Assembly: GCA_040003165.1 (NCBI GenBank)
Contig: JBDUDC010000002.1
Coordinates: 1 to 32,053 of the forward strand
Origin: Chloroflexota bacterium
Lineage (GTDB): Bacteria > Chloroflexota > Limnocylindria > QHBO01
DNA: 32,053 nt
Direction of reading: 5' to 3'
Shown here: in pieces, positions 8,163 to 17,011 of the stretch
Position numbering within the stretch: the stretch's first letter is position 1
Layout of the letters: the number at the start of each line of letters is the position of its first letter
Translations under genes and position numbers: made by a program
The notes under the pieces: generated by a model
What the model was told of the DNA's origin: nothing
Seen by the model: only the letters and a program-made list of their open reading frames with translations
Databases searched by the model: none

Positions 8163-9080
8163 ATGCCGACTGGTACCCTCGCCGCCGTGGCCCAACACCT
8201 GCCCGCGCCAGCCCTGGCGGCGATCCGCCATCAGCTGCTGAGCTGGTATCGGCACGAGCACCGCGATTTCCCGTGGCGCCACACTCGTGACCCCTACGCG
8301 GTGCTTGTCAGCGAGATCATGCTGCAGCAGACGCAGGCATCACGAGTCGCCGAGCGGTTCCCCCGCTTCATGGCTCGATTCCCGACCGCCGCGGCGCTCG
8401 CCGGCGCCCCGCAGGCGCACGTGCTGGCCGAGTGGACCGGGCTCGGCTACAACCGGCGGGCGCTCGCGCTCCAGCGTGCCGCGCGGGCGATCGCTGACCA
8501 CGGCTGGCCGGCGGATGTGGTCGGGCTCGAGCGTCTGCCCGGAATCGGTCCCTACACGGCGCGAGCGGTGGCGAGCCTCGCCTTCGGCCACCGCGCCGGC
8601 GTGGTCGACACCAACGTCCGGCGCTGGCTGGTGCGCCGTTTCGGGACGGATCCCTGGGACCGCGCCGGGCTCCAGTCGCTGGCCGATGCCCTCGCCGGAG
8701 CGGGCGGCGGCAGCCGGAAGGAGACCGCAGCCTGGACGCACGCCACCATGGAGTTCGGCGCGCGCGTCTGCGCGGCGCGGTCGGCGCGCTGCGACGAGTG
8801 CCCGATCGCCGATGGCTGCCCGTCGCGGGGAGCTGCCGAGCGTGTGCCCGTCGCGCGCCAGGCGACCTATCCCGGCTCCTCTCGGGCGCGACGCGGCGCC
8901 ATCCTGCGGCTGCTCGCTGTCGCCGACGGCAACAAGCTGGAGGTGCAGGCGACGCGCCGGCAGCTGAAGGTCGACAGCGAGACCTTCCAGGGCCTCGTCT
9001 CCGGACTCGAGCGCGATGGGCTACTGCATCGGTCTGGTCGCCGGCTCTGGCTGGGCGGTGCCCCTACAATCGGCCGATGA
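8163..9080 (+). CDS. mutY: A/G-specific adenine DNA glycosylase (HhH-GPD family with 4Fe-4S cluster)
   Basis: Motifs FPWRHTRDPYAVLVSEIMLQQTQ, GLGYNRRA, LPGIGPYTA, VDTNVRR and the Cys cluster CAARSARCDECPIADGC. I chose the start at ATG 8163. The ORF-track start at 8049 would overlap the divergent aspartokinase gene and adds a low-complexity N-terminus. Confidence 0.85.
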   Translation: MPTGTLAAVAQHLPAPALAAIRHQLLSWYRHEHRDFPWRHTRDPYAVLVSEIMLQQTQASRVAERFPRFMARFPTAAALAGAPQAHVLAEWTGLGYNRRALALQRAARAIADHGWPADVVGLERLPGIGPYTARAVASLAFGHRAGVVDTNVRRWLVRRFGTDPWDRAGLQSLADALAGAGGGSRKETAAWTHATMEFGARVCAARSARCDECPIADGCPSRGAAERVPVARQATYPGSSRARRGAILRLLAVADGNKLEVQATRRQLKVDSETFQGLVSGLERDGLLHRSGRRLWLGGAPTIGR

Positions 9081-9589
9081 GCCTCAAGATCAAGGTTGGC
9101 GACCGGGTCCCGTCGGTCGGCCTCCGGGCCAGCGACGGCTACCTGCTGAACCTGCGCAGCTGGGTGACGAAGGAGCCGGTCGCGCTCCTGTTCTTCGGCG
9201 CGGCGACGCTGGAGGGAGCCGCGCGGCGGCGCGGCAGCAAGGCGGCCATGGCACTCGGGGACGGCTACCCGCGGCTGCGCGAGGCCGGGATCGATGTTGC
9301 CGGGGTGAGCTGCGACAGCGCTGAGCAGCAGACCGAGTACCTGAAGGAGACCAGGCTTCCCTACCTCCTGATGAGCGATGAGCGCCGCACCGCGGTCGAG
9401 ATGCTGGGCGTGCCCACGGTGGCGGATGGCGAGAACGTGAACATCGTGCAGCCGCTCCTGATCGTCGTCGGACGCGAGGGCGAGGTCCGCGCCGTGCTGA
9501 CCGAGCTCGATCCCGCCAAGGTCGTCGATCAGGTGATGTCCACGCTCGCCGAGCCGATGCCACTGGCGGAGACCCTGCCCGGCTCCTGA
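9077..9589 (+). CDS. Bcp/AhpC-TSA (thioredoxin-fold) family protein lacking the peroxidatic cysteine
   Basis: 170 aa starting MSLKIKVGDRVP. It is colinear with Bcp (KxGDxxP, DG..vnL, GVS.DS, LLSDe..., GV), but the TPGC(T) active-site block reads ATLEGA. ATGA overlap with the mutY stop. Confidence 0.7.
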   Translation: MSLKIKVGDRVPSVGLRASDGYLLNLRSWVTKEPVALLFFGAATLEGAARRRGSKAAMALGDGYPRLREAGIDVAGVSCDSAEQQTEYLKETRLPYLLMSDERRTAVEMLGVPTVADGENVNIVQPLLIVVGREGEVRAVLTELDPAKVVDQVMSTLAEPMPLAETLPGS

Positions 9590-10605
9590 TGCTCGCGGTC
9601 CGTTTGCACTCCGCCGGCGAGCGCCTGCGCCTCGAAGAGGTACCGACTCCCGAGCCGACGGGGGGCGAGGTCCGGATCCGCGTCGCGGGCTGCGGGGTCT
9701 GTCGGTCGGACCTCCACATCGTCGACGGGGCGCAGCCGAAGGTCGAGCTCCCCGTCACCCTCGGGCACGAGGTCTCGGGCTGGATCGATGCCACCGGGCC
9801 CGATGCCACCCGACCGATGCGGAAGACTCGCCTGCGAGTCGGCGATCCGGTGGTGGTCTTCGGCGGCTGGGGGTGCGGGAGCTGCCGCGAGTGCCTAGCA
9901 CTCGAGGAGCAGCGCTGCCCGCACGGTCGCTCACCGGGCTTCCAGCTCGACGGCGGCTACGCGGAATACATGCTCGTCCCCGACCAGCGGCACCTCGTCC
10001 CGCTCGGCGCCATCGACCCGATCGACGCAGCCCCGCTCGCCGACGCCGGCCTCACGCCGTTCCGCGCCGTGCGGCGCGCCAGCCCGTGGCTGCGCCCGGG
10101 AGCGCGGGTCCTGGTCATCGGGCTGGGGGCGCTCGGGCAGTTCGGGCTGCAATACCTGCGCGCCTCGAACGCCGGTTCGGAGATCGAGGTCGCGGTTCGT
10201 GAGCTCGAGCCCATCCGCCTCGAGCTGGCCGCGAGCCTCGGCGCCGACCTCGGCCTGCTGGGCGACGCGCCGCTGCCCTGGCAAGCGGACGCCGTCTTCG
10301 ATTTCGTGGGAAGCGACACGTCGCTGGAGAGCGCCGTGCGCGACCTCGCGCCCAACGGCCTTCTTCTGGTGATCGGCGAAGACGGCGGCCACTTCGAGGT
10401 GGGCATCGACAGGATCCCGACCGAAGCATGGCTCTCGAGCATCGCCTGGGGAGCCGTGGACGAGCTGCACGAGGTGGTGCGCCGCGCCCGACGCCGGAAG
10501 ATGCGTTGGAGCGTCGAGCGCATGCCGCTGGCCGAGGCGGAGGAGGCCCACCGCCGCCTGCGAGCCGGCGAGGTCGAGGGCCGGATTGTGCTCGTGCCCG
10601 GCTGA
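9589..10605 (+). CDS. Zinc-dependent alcohol dehydrogenase (MDR superfamily)
   Basis: 338 aa. GCGVCRSDLH, GHEVSG, structural-zinc motif CGSCRECLALEEQRC and Rossmann motif IGLGALG. The start overlaps the upstream stop by 1 nt (TGATG). Confidence 0.88.
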   Translation: MLAVRLHSAGERLRLEEVPTPEPTGGEVRIRVAGCGVCRSDLHIVDGAQPKVELPVTLGHEVSGWIDATGPDATRPMRKTRLRVGDPVVVFGGWGCGSCRECLALEEQRCPHGRSPGFQLDGGYAEYMLVPDQRHLVPLGAIDPIDAAPLADAGLTPFRAVRRASPWLRPGARVLVIGLGALGQFGLQYLRASNAGSEIEVAVRELEPIRLELAASLGADLGLLGDAPLPWQADAVFDFVGSDTSLESAVRDLAPNGLLLVIGEDGGHFEVGIDRIPTEAWLSSIAWGAVDELHEVVRRARRRKMRWSVERMPLAEAEEAHRRLRAGEVEGRIVLVPG

Positions 10606-10620
10606 GAGCCGCGGTCGAGC

Positions 10621-11343
10621 TCAGTCGCCCAGGAGGCGCGAGAGGAAGCCCTTCGCCGGTCGCGTGACGACGTAGAACGGCGCGGCGATTGCGTCGAACT
10701 GGTCGCGCAGCGCCGGTGTGCGCAGATCTGTGACGGTCAGCAGGGTCCGCGACCCGAGGTGCTCGGTGGCAAGCGCGTGGAGGTTGTTGCGCACGGCGTC
10801 GAAATCGGCGAGCTCTGCATCGGGTACCAGTCCGATTCCGGCAACCCAGCGCTCGCCTTCGCGCAGCAGCCAGGCGCGCTGGACCTGCGGCATCCCTTGC
10901 ACCGCGCGGCGCAGCTGCGAGCCGAAGGGTTCGGGGATGTCGCTCGGCGGCTCGAGTGACGGCAGGTCCCCGAGCGGCCGCCGCGCGCGCTGAGCATCGG
11001 GATGGGTGGGATCGAGGCCGGCGGCGAGGAACGGCAGCACCCCGACTGCAACGACCACCTGCGAGGGCGCGCCCGGATCGACAACCACGCGCTCCCGGGC
11101 TTCGTCCGCGCGGGCGAAGAGAAGGCGCGCCGGCAGGGTCACGTGGTCGCTGCCCGCCGGCCCGAACTCGGCGAATGTCTCGGGGCTGGCGAACGCGGCG
11201 AGGAAGCGGTTGCCATCCTCGTCTGTTCCATGCCGCATCTGGTCGAGCCCCACCTCGCCGGGATCGGGCCTCTCGCCGGAGGACGAGCGGATCGGCACGA
11301 TCAGGTCGTACGGCATCAAGTCGGCAAGCCTCGGCTCGGTCAT
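10621..11343 (-). CDS. SseB-family-like protein (function unknown)
   Basis: 240 aa from the internal ATG at 11343 (MTEPRLADLMPYDLIVP...). The sequence resembles the SseB N- and C-domain pattern (DEDGNRFLAAFASPETF..., VVVDPG...). ATGA overlap with the gltX stop. The longer ORF-track version (to 11670) is Arg/Gly-rich and overlaps gltX. Confidence 0.5.
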   Translation of the reverse strand: MTEPRLADLMPYDLIVPIRSSSGERPDPGEVGLDQMRHGTDEDGNRFLAAFASPETFAEFGPAGSDHVTLPARLLFARADEARERVVVDPGAPSQVVVAVGVLPFLAAGLDPTHPDAQRARRPLGDLPSLEPPSDIPEPFGSQLRRAVQGMPQVQRAWLLREGERWVAGIGLVPDAELADFDAVRNNLHALATEHLGSRTLLTVTDLRTPALRDQFDAIAAPFYVVTRPAKGFLSRLLGD

Positions 11344-12845
11344 TGCAGCTTGGCGAGCGCCTCGTCGATTCGCGCCAGGCACCGGTCGCGCCCCAGCAGC
11401 TCCATCGAGGCAAAGAGCGGCGGCGAGACCGTGCGGCCGGTGAGCGCCACCCGGTTCGGCTTGAACAGGTCGGCTGGCTTGATGCCGAGCTCCGCGGCCG
11501 CCGCCCGGAAGCGGTCCTCGAGCACGTCCGCGGAGAAGTCGGCGGCATCGAGCTCCGCCACCATCTCGCGGGCCCGTGACAGGGCCAGCGCCGCTTCCGC
11601 CGGGCCGCCGCCCTTCGGCGCCAGCAGCTCCGCCTCGTAGCGGGAGGCGACGACGGCATCGGGCTCCCACAGGAAGCTCGCCAGCTCAACCACATCCGCG
11701 AGCCTGACCAGGCGCTCCCGGACGAGCGGCACCAGGCGAATGATCGCCGCATCGTCGATCACCGCCGGCACGAACGGCCGCAGGCGGAGGGCGAGCTGCT
11801 CGTCGCCGAGGGATCGGACATAGGTGCCGTTCAGGTAGTCGAGGCGGTCGGCATCGAAGACCGCCCCCGCCTTGTGGACCTTCTCGATCTCGAAGCGGCT
11901 CGCCAGCTCGTCGAGGCTGAAGATCTCCTCCTCGGTGCCCGGCGACCAGCCCAGGAAGGCGAGGAAGTTGACGAGCGCCTCGGGAAGGTATCCCAGGCCT
12001 CGATACGCACTCACCGCGGTCTGCGTCTTCCGCTTGCTCATCTTCGACCGATCCGGGTTGAGGATCAGCGGCACGTGGCCGAAGAGCGGCACGTCGTAGC
12101 CGAGCGCCTCGTAAAGCGCGATCTGCTTCGGCGTGTTCGAGAGATGCTCCTCGCCGCGGAGGACGTGGCTGATCGCCATCGCCGCGTCGTCGATGACCGC
12201 CACGAAGTTGTAGAGCGGCATGCCGTCGGTTCGGACGATCACGAAGTCGCCCAGCAGCGCGTTGTCGAACTCGACCCGGCCCCGGATGATGTCGTCGAAG
12301 ACGACCTTCTCCGGGGGAACCGCGAAGCGGATGGCCGAGGTGCGGCCCTCCGTCTCGAACGCCTCCCGCTCCTCCTCGGAGAGCTTTCGGCAGCGGCCGG
12401 AGTAGCGGGGCGCCTCCCGGCGGGCCTGCTGCTCGCGACGCTCGGCTTCGAGCTCATCGGGCGTGCAGTAGCAGCGGTAGGCCGAGCCCGCGGCAAGCAG
12501 GCGCTCCGCTTCAGCGGCGTATCGGTCCATGCGCTGGCTCTGGCGGTACGGGCCGAAGGGGCCGATGTCGTCTCCGCCGGCGACCTGCGGACCCTCGTCC
12601 CAGCTGAGCCCCAGCCAGTGCAGACCCTCGATGATCTCACGCTCGTAGGCCTCGTTGCCGCGTGCCACGTCGGTGTCCTCGATGCGCAGCACGAAGGTGC
12701 CGCCCGTGTGCCGGGCGACGAGGAAGTTGTAGAGGCTTGTGCGCGCGGTGCCGATATGCAGCGGGCCGGTCGGGCTGGGCGCCATGCGCACGCGCACGGC
12801 CTTTGGGCTGGTGGTCGTCATGGGTTCCGCGATGGTAGCAGGCAC
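11340..12845 (-). CDS. gltX: Glutamate--tRNA ligase
   Basis: 501 aa. APSPTGPLHIGTARTSLYN (HIGH-class motif) and KMSKR. The start at 12845 is GTG. An alternative ATG at 12821 (MTTTSPKAVRVR...) is preceded by TACCAT 10 nt upstream. Confidence 0.93.
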   Translation of the reverse strand: MPATIAEPMTTTSPKAVRVRMAPSPTGPLHIGTARTSLYNFLVARHTGGTFVLRIEDTDVARGNEAYEREIIEGLHWLGLSWDEGPQVAGGDDIGPFGPYRQSQRMDRYAAEAERLLAAGSAYRCYCTPDELEAERREQQARREAPRYSGRCRKLSEEEREAFETEGRTSAIRFAVPPEKVVFDDIIRGRVEFDNALLGDFVIVRTDGMPLYNFVAVIDDAAMAISHVLRGEEHLSNTPKQIALYEALGYDVPLFGHVPLILNPDRSKMSKRKTQTAVSAYRGLGYLPEALVNFLAFLGWSPGTEEEIFSLDELASRFEIEKVHKAGAVFDADRLDYLNGTYVRSLGDEQLALRLRPFVPAVIDDAAIIRLVPLVRERLVRLADVVELASFLWEPDAVVASRYEAELLAPKGGGPAEAALALSRAREMVAELDAADFSADVLEDRFRAAAAELGIKPADLFKPNRVALTGRTVSPPLFASMELLGRDRCLARIDEALAKLQ

Positions 12846-12916
12846 GCCCCGACCGCTGGGCGTGGGTGAAAAGCGGGCCTATCATCCGGAGCCTAGGGCA
12901 GCAGTGAGGCAGACCG

Positions 12917-13363
12917 ATGGAAGACAACCTGGGCGATTTCAATCCCGACGATCTCTACGATCAGTTCCCGCGTGGCGACGAGAACGGCTTCGGACCATCC
13001 GAGGGATACAACAGCTGGGTGCGGATCAACGATCCGGAGCTGTTCACCGAGGAGGCCCGACAGCACCCGGTCGTCAAGGAGTTTCTCGCGGCACCGTTCA
13101 GTGTGAACTATGCGCAGTTCAAGAGCAGCTATCGCGAGACCGAGTACTTCATCCACAAGCCGTCCAGAGCGCTGGGGGGCGGCGTCGAGGGGATCGAGGG
13201 CAGGGTCGAGGGCTTCCCCGACTCGCCCGAGGAGCAGCGGCTCGCGACGCTCGTCCTCAACCACGAGATCGGGCTGGCCTTCCGCATCACGCGCTCGCTG
13301 GTCATCGAGGACGGTGCCGTCGCCGGACAGCTGATTCACAAGGAGGGAGAGCACTCCAGCTAG
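12917..13363 (+). CDS. Hypothetical acidic cytoplasmic protein, no family recognised
   Basis: 148 aa. Balanced, protein-like composition (F, Y, K, N, E rich), unlike the Arg/Pro/Ala shadow ORFs. No TM segment or signal peptide. Ends 17 nt before the cyclase-STAND gene on the same strand. Confidence 0.6.
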   Translation: MEDNLGDFNPDDLYDQFPRGDENGFGPSEGYNSWVRINDPELFTEEARQHPVVKEFLAAPFSVNYAQFKSSYRETEYFIHKPSRALGGGVEGIEGRVEGFPDSPEEQRLATLVLNHEIGLAFRITRSLVIEDGAVAGQLIHKEGEHSS

Positions 13364-13379
13364 GGGTGGCTTCTTACCG

Positions 13380-16300
13380 ATGGGCTGCTCGAGCTGCGGT
13401 TCGGTAAATTCCGAGTCCGCGCGGTTCTGCGGCGCGTGCGGAGCGCGGCTCACGGCCAGCTGTCCCCACTGTCGCGCCGACGTCACACCGGGCCTCCGTT
13501 TCTGCAACGCGTGCGGTGGGCCGATGCCCGAGCTGCCCGGCATCGGCGAGCCTGCCGAACGAACGCCAGATTCGTCTCTCCCCTCTGAGCGGCGGCTCGT
13601 CTCGGTGCTGTTCGTCGACCTGGAGAACTTCACCGAGCTGGCTGAGGCGCTCGATCCCGAGGACGTGCGCAGCCTGCAGTCGCGGTACTTCGAAGTGGCG
13701 CGCTCCGCGGTCAGTCGTTACGGCGGCACAATCGAGAAATTCATCGGCGACGCAGTTATGGCGGTCTGGGGAGCTCCCACGGCGCACGAGGACGACGGGG
13801 AGCGCGCCGTCCGGGCGGCGCTCGCCCTGGTCGCGGAGGTCGGCAGGCTGAACGGACCGGTACCCGGCGGCTGGCTGGCCGCGCGAGCCGCGGTGGCGAC
13901 CGGGGAGGCGGCGGTGACCCTCGGCGTCGAGGGGCAGGGCATGGTTGCCGGCGACCTCGTCAACACCGCCGCCCGGCTGCAGGCCGCGGCCACACCGGGC
14001 GGTGTCCTGGTGGACGAGGCCACCCGTCGCATCGTCGGTGGTGCGGTCACCTTCGACGACGAGCAGGCACTCACGCTCAAGGGCAAGAGCAGATCCGTAC
14101 CCGCCTGGCGCGCCACAGGGCTGGCCGACACGCGCGGCCGCGGCCGCGGCGCGGGTCATTCGGGGAGCTTCGTGGGTCGGCAGGTTGAGCTGGAAGAGCT
14201 GATCGAGCTCTACCGGCGCGCCGTGGCCGATCGTCGAAGTCGCCTCATCTCCGTGCTGGGCATCGCTGGCATTGGCAAGAGCCGGCTCATTTGGGAGTTC
14301 GAGCAGCATCTCGACGCGCTGCCTGATCCCGTGGCGCTCCACATCGGCCGCGCTCCTGCCTATGGCGAAGGAATCACGTTCGCCCCGCTGGCGGAGATGG
14401 TGCGACGACGCGCACGCATCTCGGAGGGGACCGAGACAGAGGTGGCGAGGCGGCAGCTGGCCACCACGCTCGTCGAGCTCGTCCCCGACGAGGCCGAGCG
14501 GCAGTGGATCGAGCCGCGAGTGGCCACGCTGTTGGATCCGGGCTCGCACGTGGCATACGAGCGGGAGGAGCTGTTCTCCGCCTGGCGCCACTTCTTCGAG
14601 CGCGTGTCGGAGTGGGCTCCAGCCTTGCTCGTGTTCGAGGATCTCCAATGGGCCGATGGGGCACTGCTCGACTTCATCGACCACCTGGCGACATGGTCCC
14701 GCGGTCATCCGATCCTGATCATCGCGGTGGCGCGTCCCGAGCTGATGGACCGGCGCCCGACCTGGGGGGCGGGACAGCGCAGCTTCACGGCGATCCACCT
14801 AGAGCGCCTCGACGACGATGCAATGACCGCGCTGCTGACGGGGCTGGGGCCCGGGATGCCGGAGCCCGCGGTCCGACAGATCCTGGACCGAGCCGGCGGC
14901 GTTCCCCTGTACGGGGTCGAGGTTGTCCGCATGCTCATCGATCGGGGTCAGCTCGTCGGGCGCGACGGCCGCTTCGAGCTCCTCGAAGGGATGGATGGCA
15001 TCGAGATTCCCGAGACGCTGCACGCGCTCGTCTCGGCTCGGATCGACGCCCTGCCGGCCGCCGAGCGCAGGACAATCCTCTCGGCCGCGGCTCTGGGCCG
15101 TCGCTTCCATCCCGACGCCCTGGCTGCGATCTGCGGGCTGGAGCCACGAGAAGCGCGCGAGCGGATGGCGAGCCTTGTTCGCCACGAGCTGCTCGCCGTC
15201 GACGATGAGCTGCGATCCCCCGGTCAGGGCCAGCTCTCCTTCGTCCAGGACGTCGTGCGTGAGGTCGCCTATCGCACTCTGTCACGGCAGGAGCGCCGGA
15301 CATTGCACCTGGCCGCGGCCGATCACCTGGAGTCGCTGCACGAGAGCGATCTGGTGGAGGCGGTCGCCGAGCACCTCGTCGAAGCGCACCGCGCGGCTCC
15401 CAATCATCTCGAGGCGCCCGCGGTGGCGGAGCGCGCGGTCGGCGCCCTGCGCGAGGCGGCGAGGCGAGCCCTCGCGCTGCACGTGCCGCTGCGGGCACTC
15501 ACGCACATCGAGCAGGCGCTGGAGCTGGTCGCCGATGGCGCGACCCGAGCCGAGCTGTGGGAGGAAGGTGCGCTGGCCGCGCGCGCGGTACCGCGCTTTG
15601 ACGTGGCGGAGCGCCTGCTTCGGCAGCTGATCGGCTGGAGCACGGAGAACGGCGAGCGCGCTGGTGCCGCTCGTGCGCGTGCGCAGCTCGCGAGCCTGCT
15701 TCTCGCCACCGAGCGCCACGGCTCAGCCCTCGGCGATCTGGAGGTCGCGCTGGAGGGTATTTCTGATCTTGCATCGGACCCCGCAAGCGCCGAGCTCAGC
15801 GGCCAGCTTGCTCGGGCGTACGTGCTGATCGGCGAAGACCAGAAGGGCCTCGAGTGGGCCAACCGTACCCTCGAGGTTGCGGAGAAGCTCGGACCAGCCG
15901 CGGTGGCGGTTGACGCACTCATCACGCGAGGCACAGCCCAGATGCGGCTCGGGAACGACGGCGCCGGCCTGGCCGATCTTCGTGGGGCTATCGCGCAGGC
16001 ACAGGTGCAGGAGCTGATCAGCGCTGAGCTTCGCGCGAGGAACAACCTCGCCTGGCTTGTGGTCGCCGACGATCCGCACGTCACCATTGAGTCGGCGCGC
16101 GGCGGAATGGAGCTGGCCGCGCGCATGGGCGTTGGGGACATGCGGCTGCAGTTCGCCGAAGTGGCATGCGCCGTGGCGTCGGATACCGGTGACTCAGATT
16201 GGGCGCTCGTCACGCTCGATGACGTTCGGGATCAACCACAGGCCCCCGCCCACCGCATCCAGTTTGCCGCCAGCGAGGCGATCCTCCGCGCGCTGCAGGG

Positions 16301-16847
16301 CGACGCGCGAGCCGTGAAGGTGCTCGAGGCGCTCGAGCCAGTCGATTCCGACACCGAGCCCCAGATCATGGCATCGATCGACTTCGCGGCGGCGTGGATC
16401 GCGTTCCTGGACCACCGCTTCGAGGACGCGCGGCGGCTCGCCGAGGGCGCTGCGGCTCGGTCCCTGGGCGCTGAGCAGCATGCCGCATTCGCACTCGCGG
16501 CCCGCGCCTGCCTCTGGCTGCGCGATACCGAGCGGGCAGCCACGCAGTTGGCAGCGATCGGCGCCTTGCGCACCCGAGGCCGCGCGATCGATGCGGTAAC
16601 AGGAAACCTGCAGGCTGGCCTCTCCGCGCTGATCGGTCGGAATGACGCCGCGGAGGCCGAGTACGCCGCGGCGGCGGATCGTCTAAGGGACTTGGATCTG
16701 CCCCTCCAGCTGGGGATCGGCCTTCTCGAGCGCGCGAAATTCCTCACTATGGATCGCTCGAATCTCGCTGAGGCGATCCGCGTATTCGAGCGGATCGGCG
16801 CAGGCGCCCTTCTCGCAGAAGTTCGTGAGCCGACTCGCAGCGCCTAG
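13380..16847 (+). CDS. Multidomain STAND-type signalling protein: double zinc ribbon + class III adenylate/guanylate cyclase + P-loop NTPase (AAA_16-like) + TPR/helical repeat region
   Basis: 1155 aa. Two zinc ribbons: CSSCG...CGACG and CPHCR...CNACG. Cyclase motifs: VLFVDLENFT, KFIGDAVMAVWGAP and LVNTAARLQ. Walker A: LGIAGIGKSRL. Walker B-like: LLVFEDLQWAD. Long Ala/Leu-rich repeat C-terminus with no recognisable HTH. Confidence 0.88.
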   Translation: MGCSSCGSVNSESARFCGACGARLTASCPHCRADVTPGLRFCNACGGPMPELPGIGEPAERTPDSSLPSERRLVSVLFVDLENFTELAEALDPEDVRSLQSRYFEVARSAVSRYGGTIEKFIGDAVMAVWGAPTAHEDDGERAVRAALALVAEVGRLNGPVPGGWLAARAAVATGEAAVTLGVEGQGMVAGDLVNTAARLQAAATPGGVLVDEATRRIVGGAVTFDDEQALTLKGKSRSVPAWRATGLADTRGRGRGAGHSGSFVGRQVELEELIELYRRAVADRRSRLISVLGIAGIGKSRLIWEFEQHLDALPDPVALHIGRAPAYGEGITFAPLAEMVRRRARISEGTETEVARRQLATTLVELVPDEAERQWIEPRVATLLDPGSHVAYEREELFSAWRHFFERVSEWAPALLVFEDLQWADGALLDFIDHLATWSRGHPILIIAVARPELMDRRPTWGAGQRSFTAIHLERLDDDAMTALLTGLGPGMPEPAVRQILDRAGGVPLYGVEVVRMLIDRGQLVGRDGRFELLEGMDGIEIPETLHALVSARIDALPAAERRTILSAAALGRRFHPDALAAICGLEPREARERMASLVRHELLAVDDELRSPGQGQLSFVQDVVREVAYRTLSRQERRTLHLAAADHLESLHESDLVEAVAEHLVEAHRAAPNHLEAPAVAERAVGALREAARRALALHVPLRALTHIEQALELVADGATRAELWEEGALAARAVPRFDVAERLLRQLIGWSTENGERAGAARARAQLASLLLATERHGSALGDLEVALEGISDLASDPASAELSGQLARAYVLIGEDQKGLEWANRTLEVAEKLGPAAVAVDALITRGTAQMRLGNDGAGLADLRGAIAQAQVQELISAELRARNNLAWLVVADDPHVTIESARGGMELAARMGVGDMRLQFAEVACAVASDTGDSDWALVTLDDVRDQPQAPAHRIQFAASEAILRALQGDARAVKVLEALEPVDSDTEPQIMASIDFAAAWIAFLDHRFEDARRLAEGAAARSLGAEQHAAFALAARACLWLRDTERAATQLAAIGALRTRGRAIDAVTGNLQAGLSALIGRNDAAEAEYAAAADRLRDLDLPLQLGIGLLERAKFLTMDRSNLAEAIRVFERIGAGALLAEVREPTRSA

Positions 16848-17011
16848 CCCCGCGTTGGAGGAAGCGTCAGGGTGAGGTTGAAACGTATGGGCTTGGCTCG
16901 AGACTCGGCTCCGGCGGCGGGCTGGAGCTCTCTAGCGCGGGCCGGCGAGGCGCTCGTCGTCGGCGACGACGGGGACGGAGTCTCGGCGGTGGCGCCCGGC
17001 GTCGAATCGGC

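Noticed and set aside
6956-8290. 444-aa plus-strand ORF spanning the aspartokinase locus
   Set aside because: It runs antisense to a gene with clear aspartokinase motifs. Its translation is Arg/Gly/Ala/Pro-rich low complexity with no recognisable motif. This is the typical shadow ORF of high-GC DNA.
10115-11752. 545-aa minus-strand ORF crossing the adh, sseB-like and gltX regions
   Set aside because: It is extremely Arg/Pro/Ala/Ser-rich. It overlaps three better-supported genes in other frames or on the other strand. I saw no motifs.
13380-16847. The cyclase-STAND protein as an anti-phage defence NTPase (Avs/NACHT-like)
   Set aside because: No nuclease, protease, TIR, Sir2 or other effector domain is visible. 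There are no neighbouring defence or mobile genes, and the surrounding context is housekeeping. The architecture matches the widespread regulatory cyclase-ATPase-TPR family.
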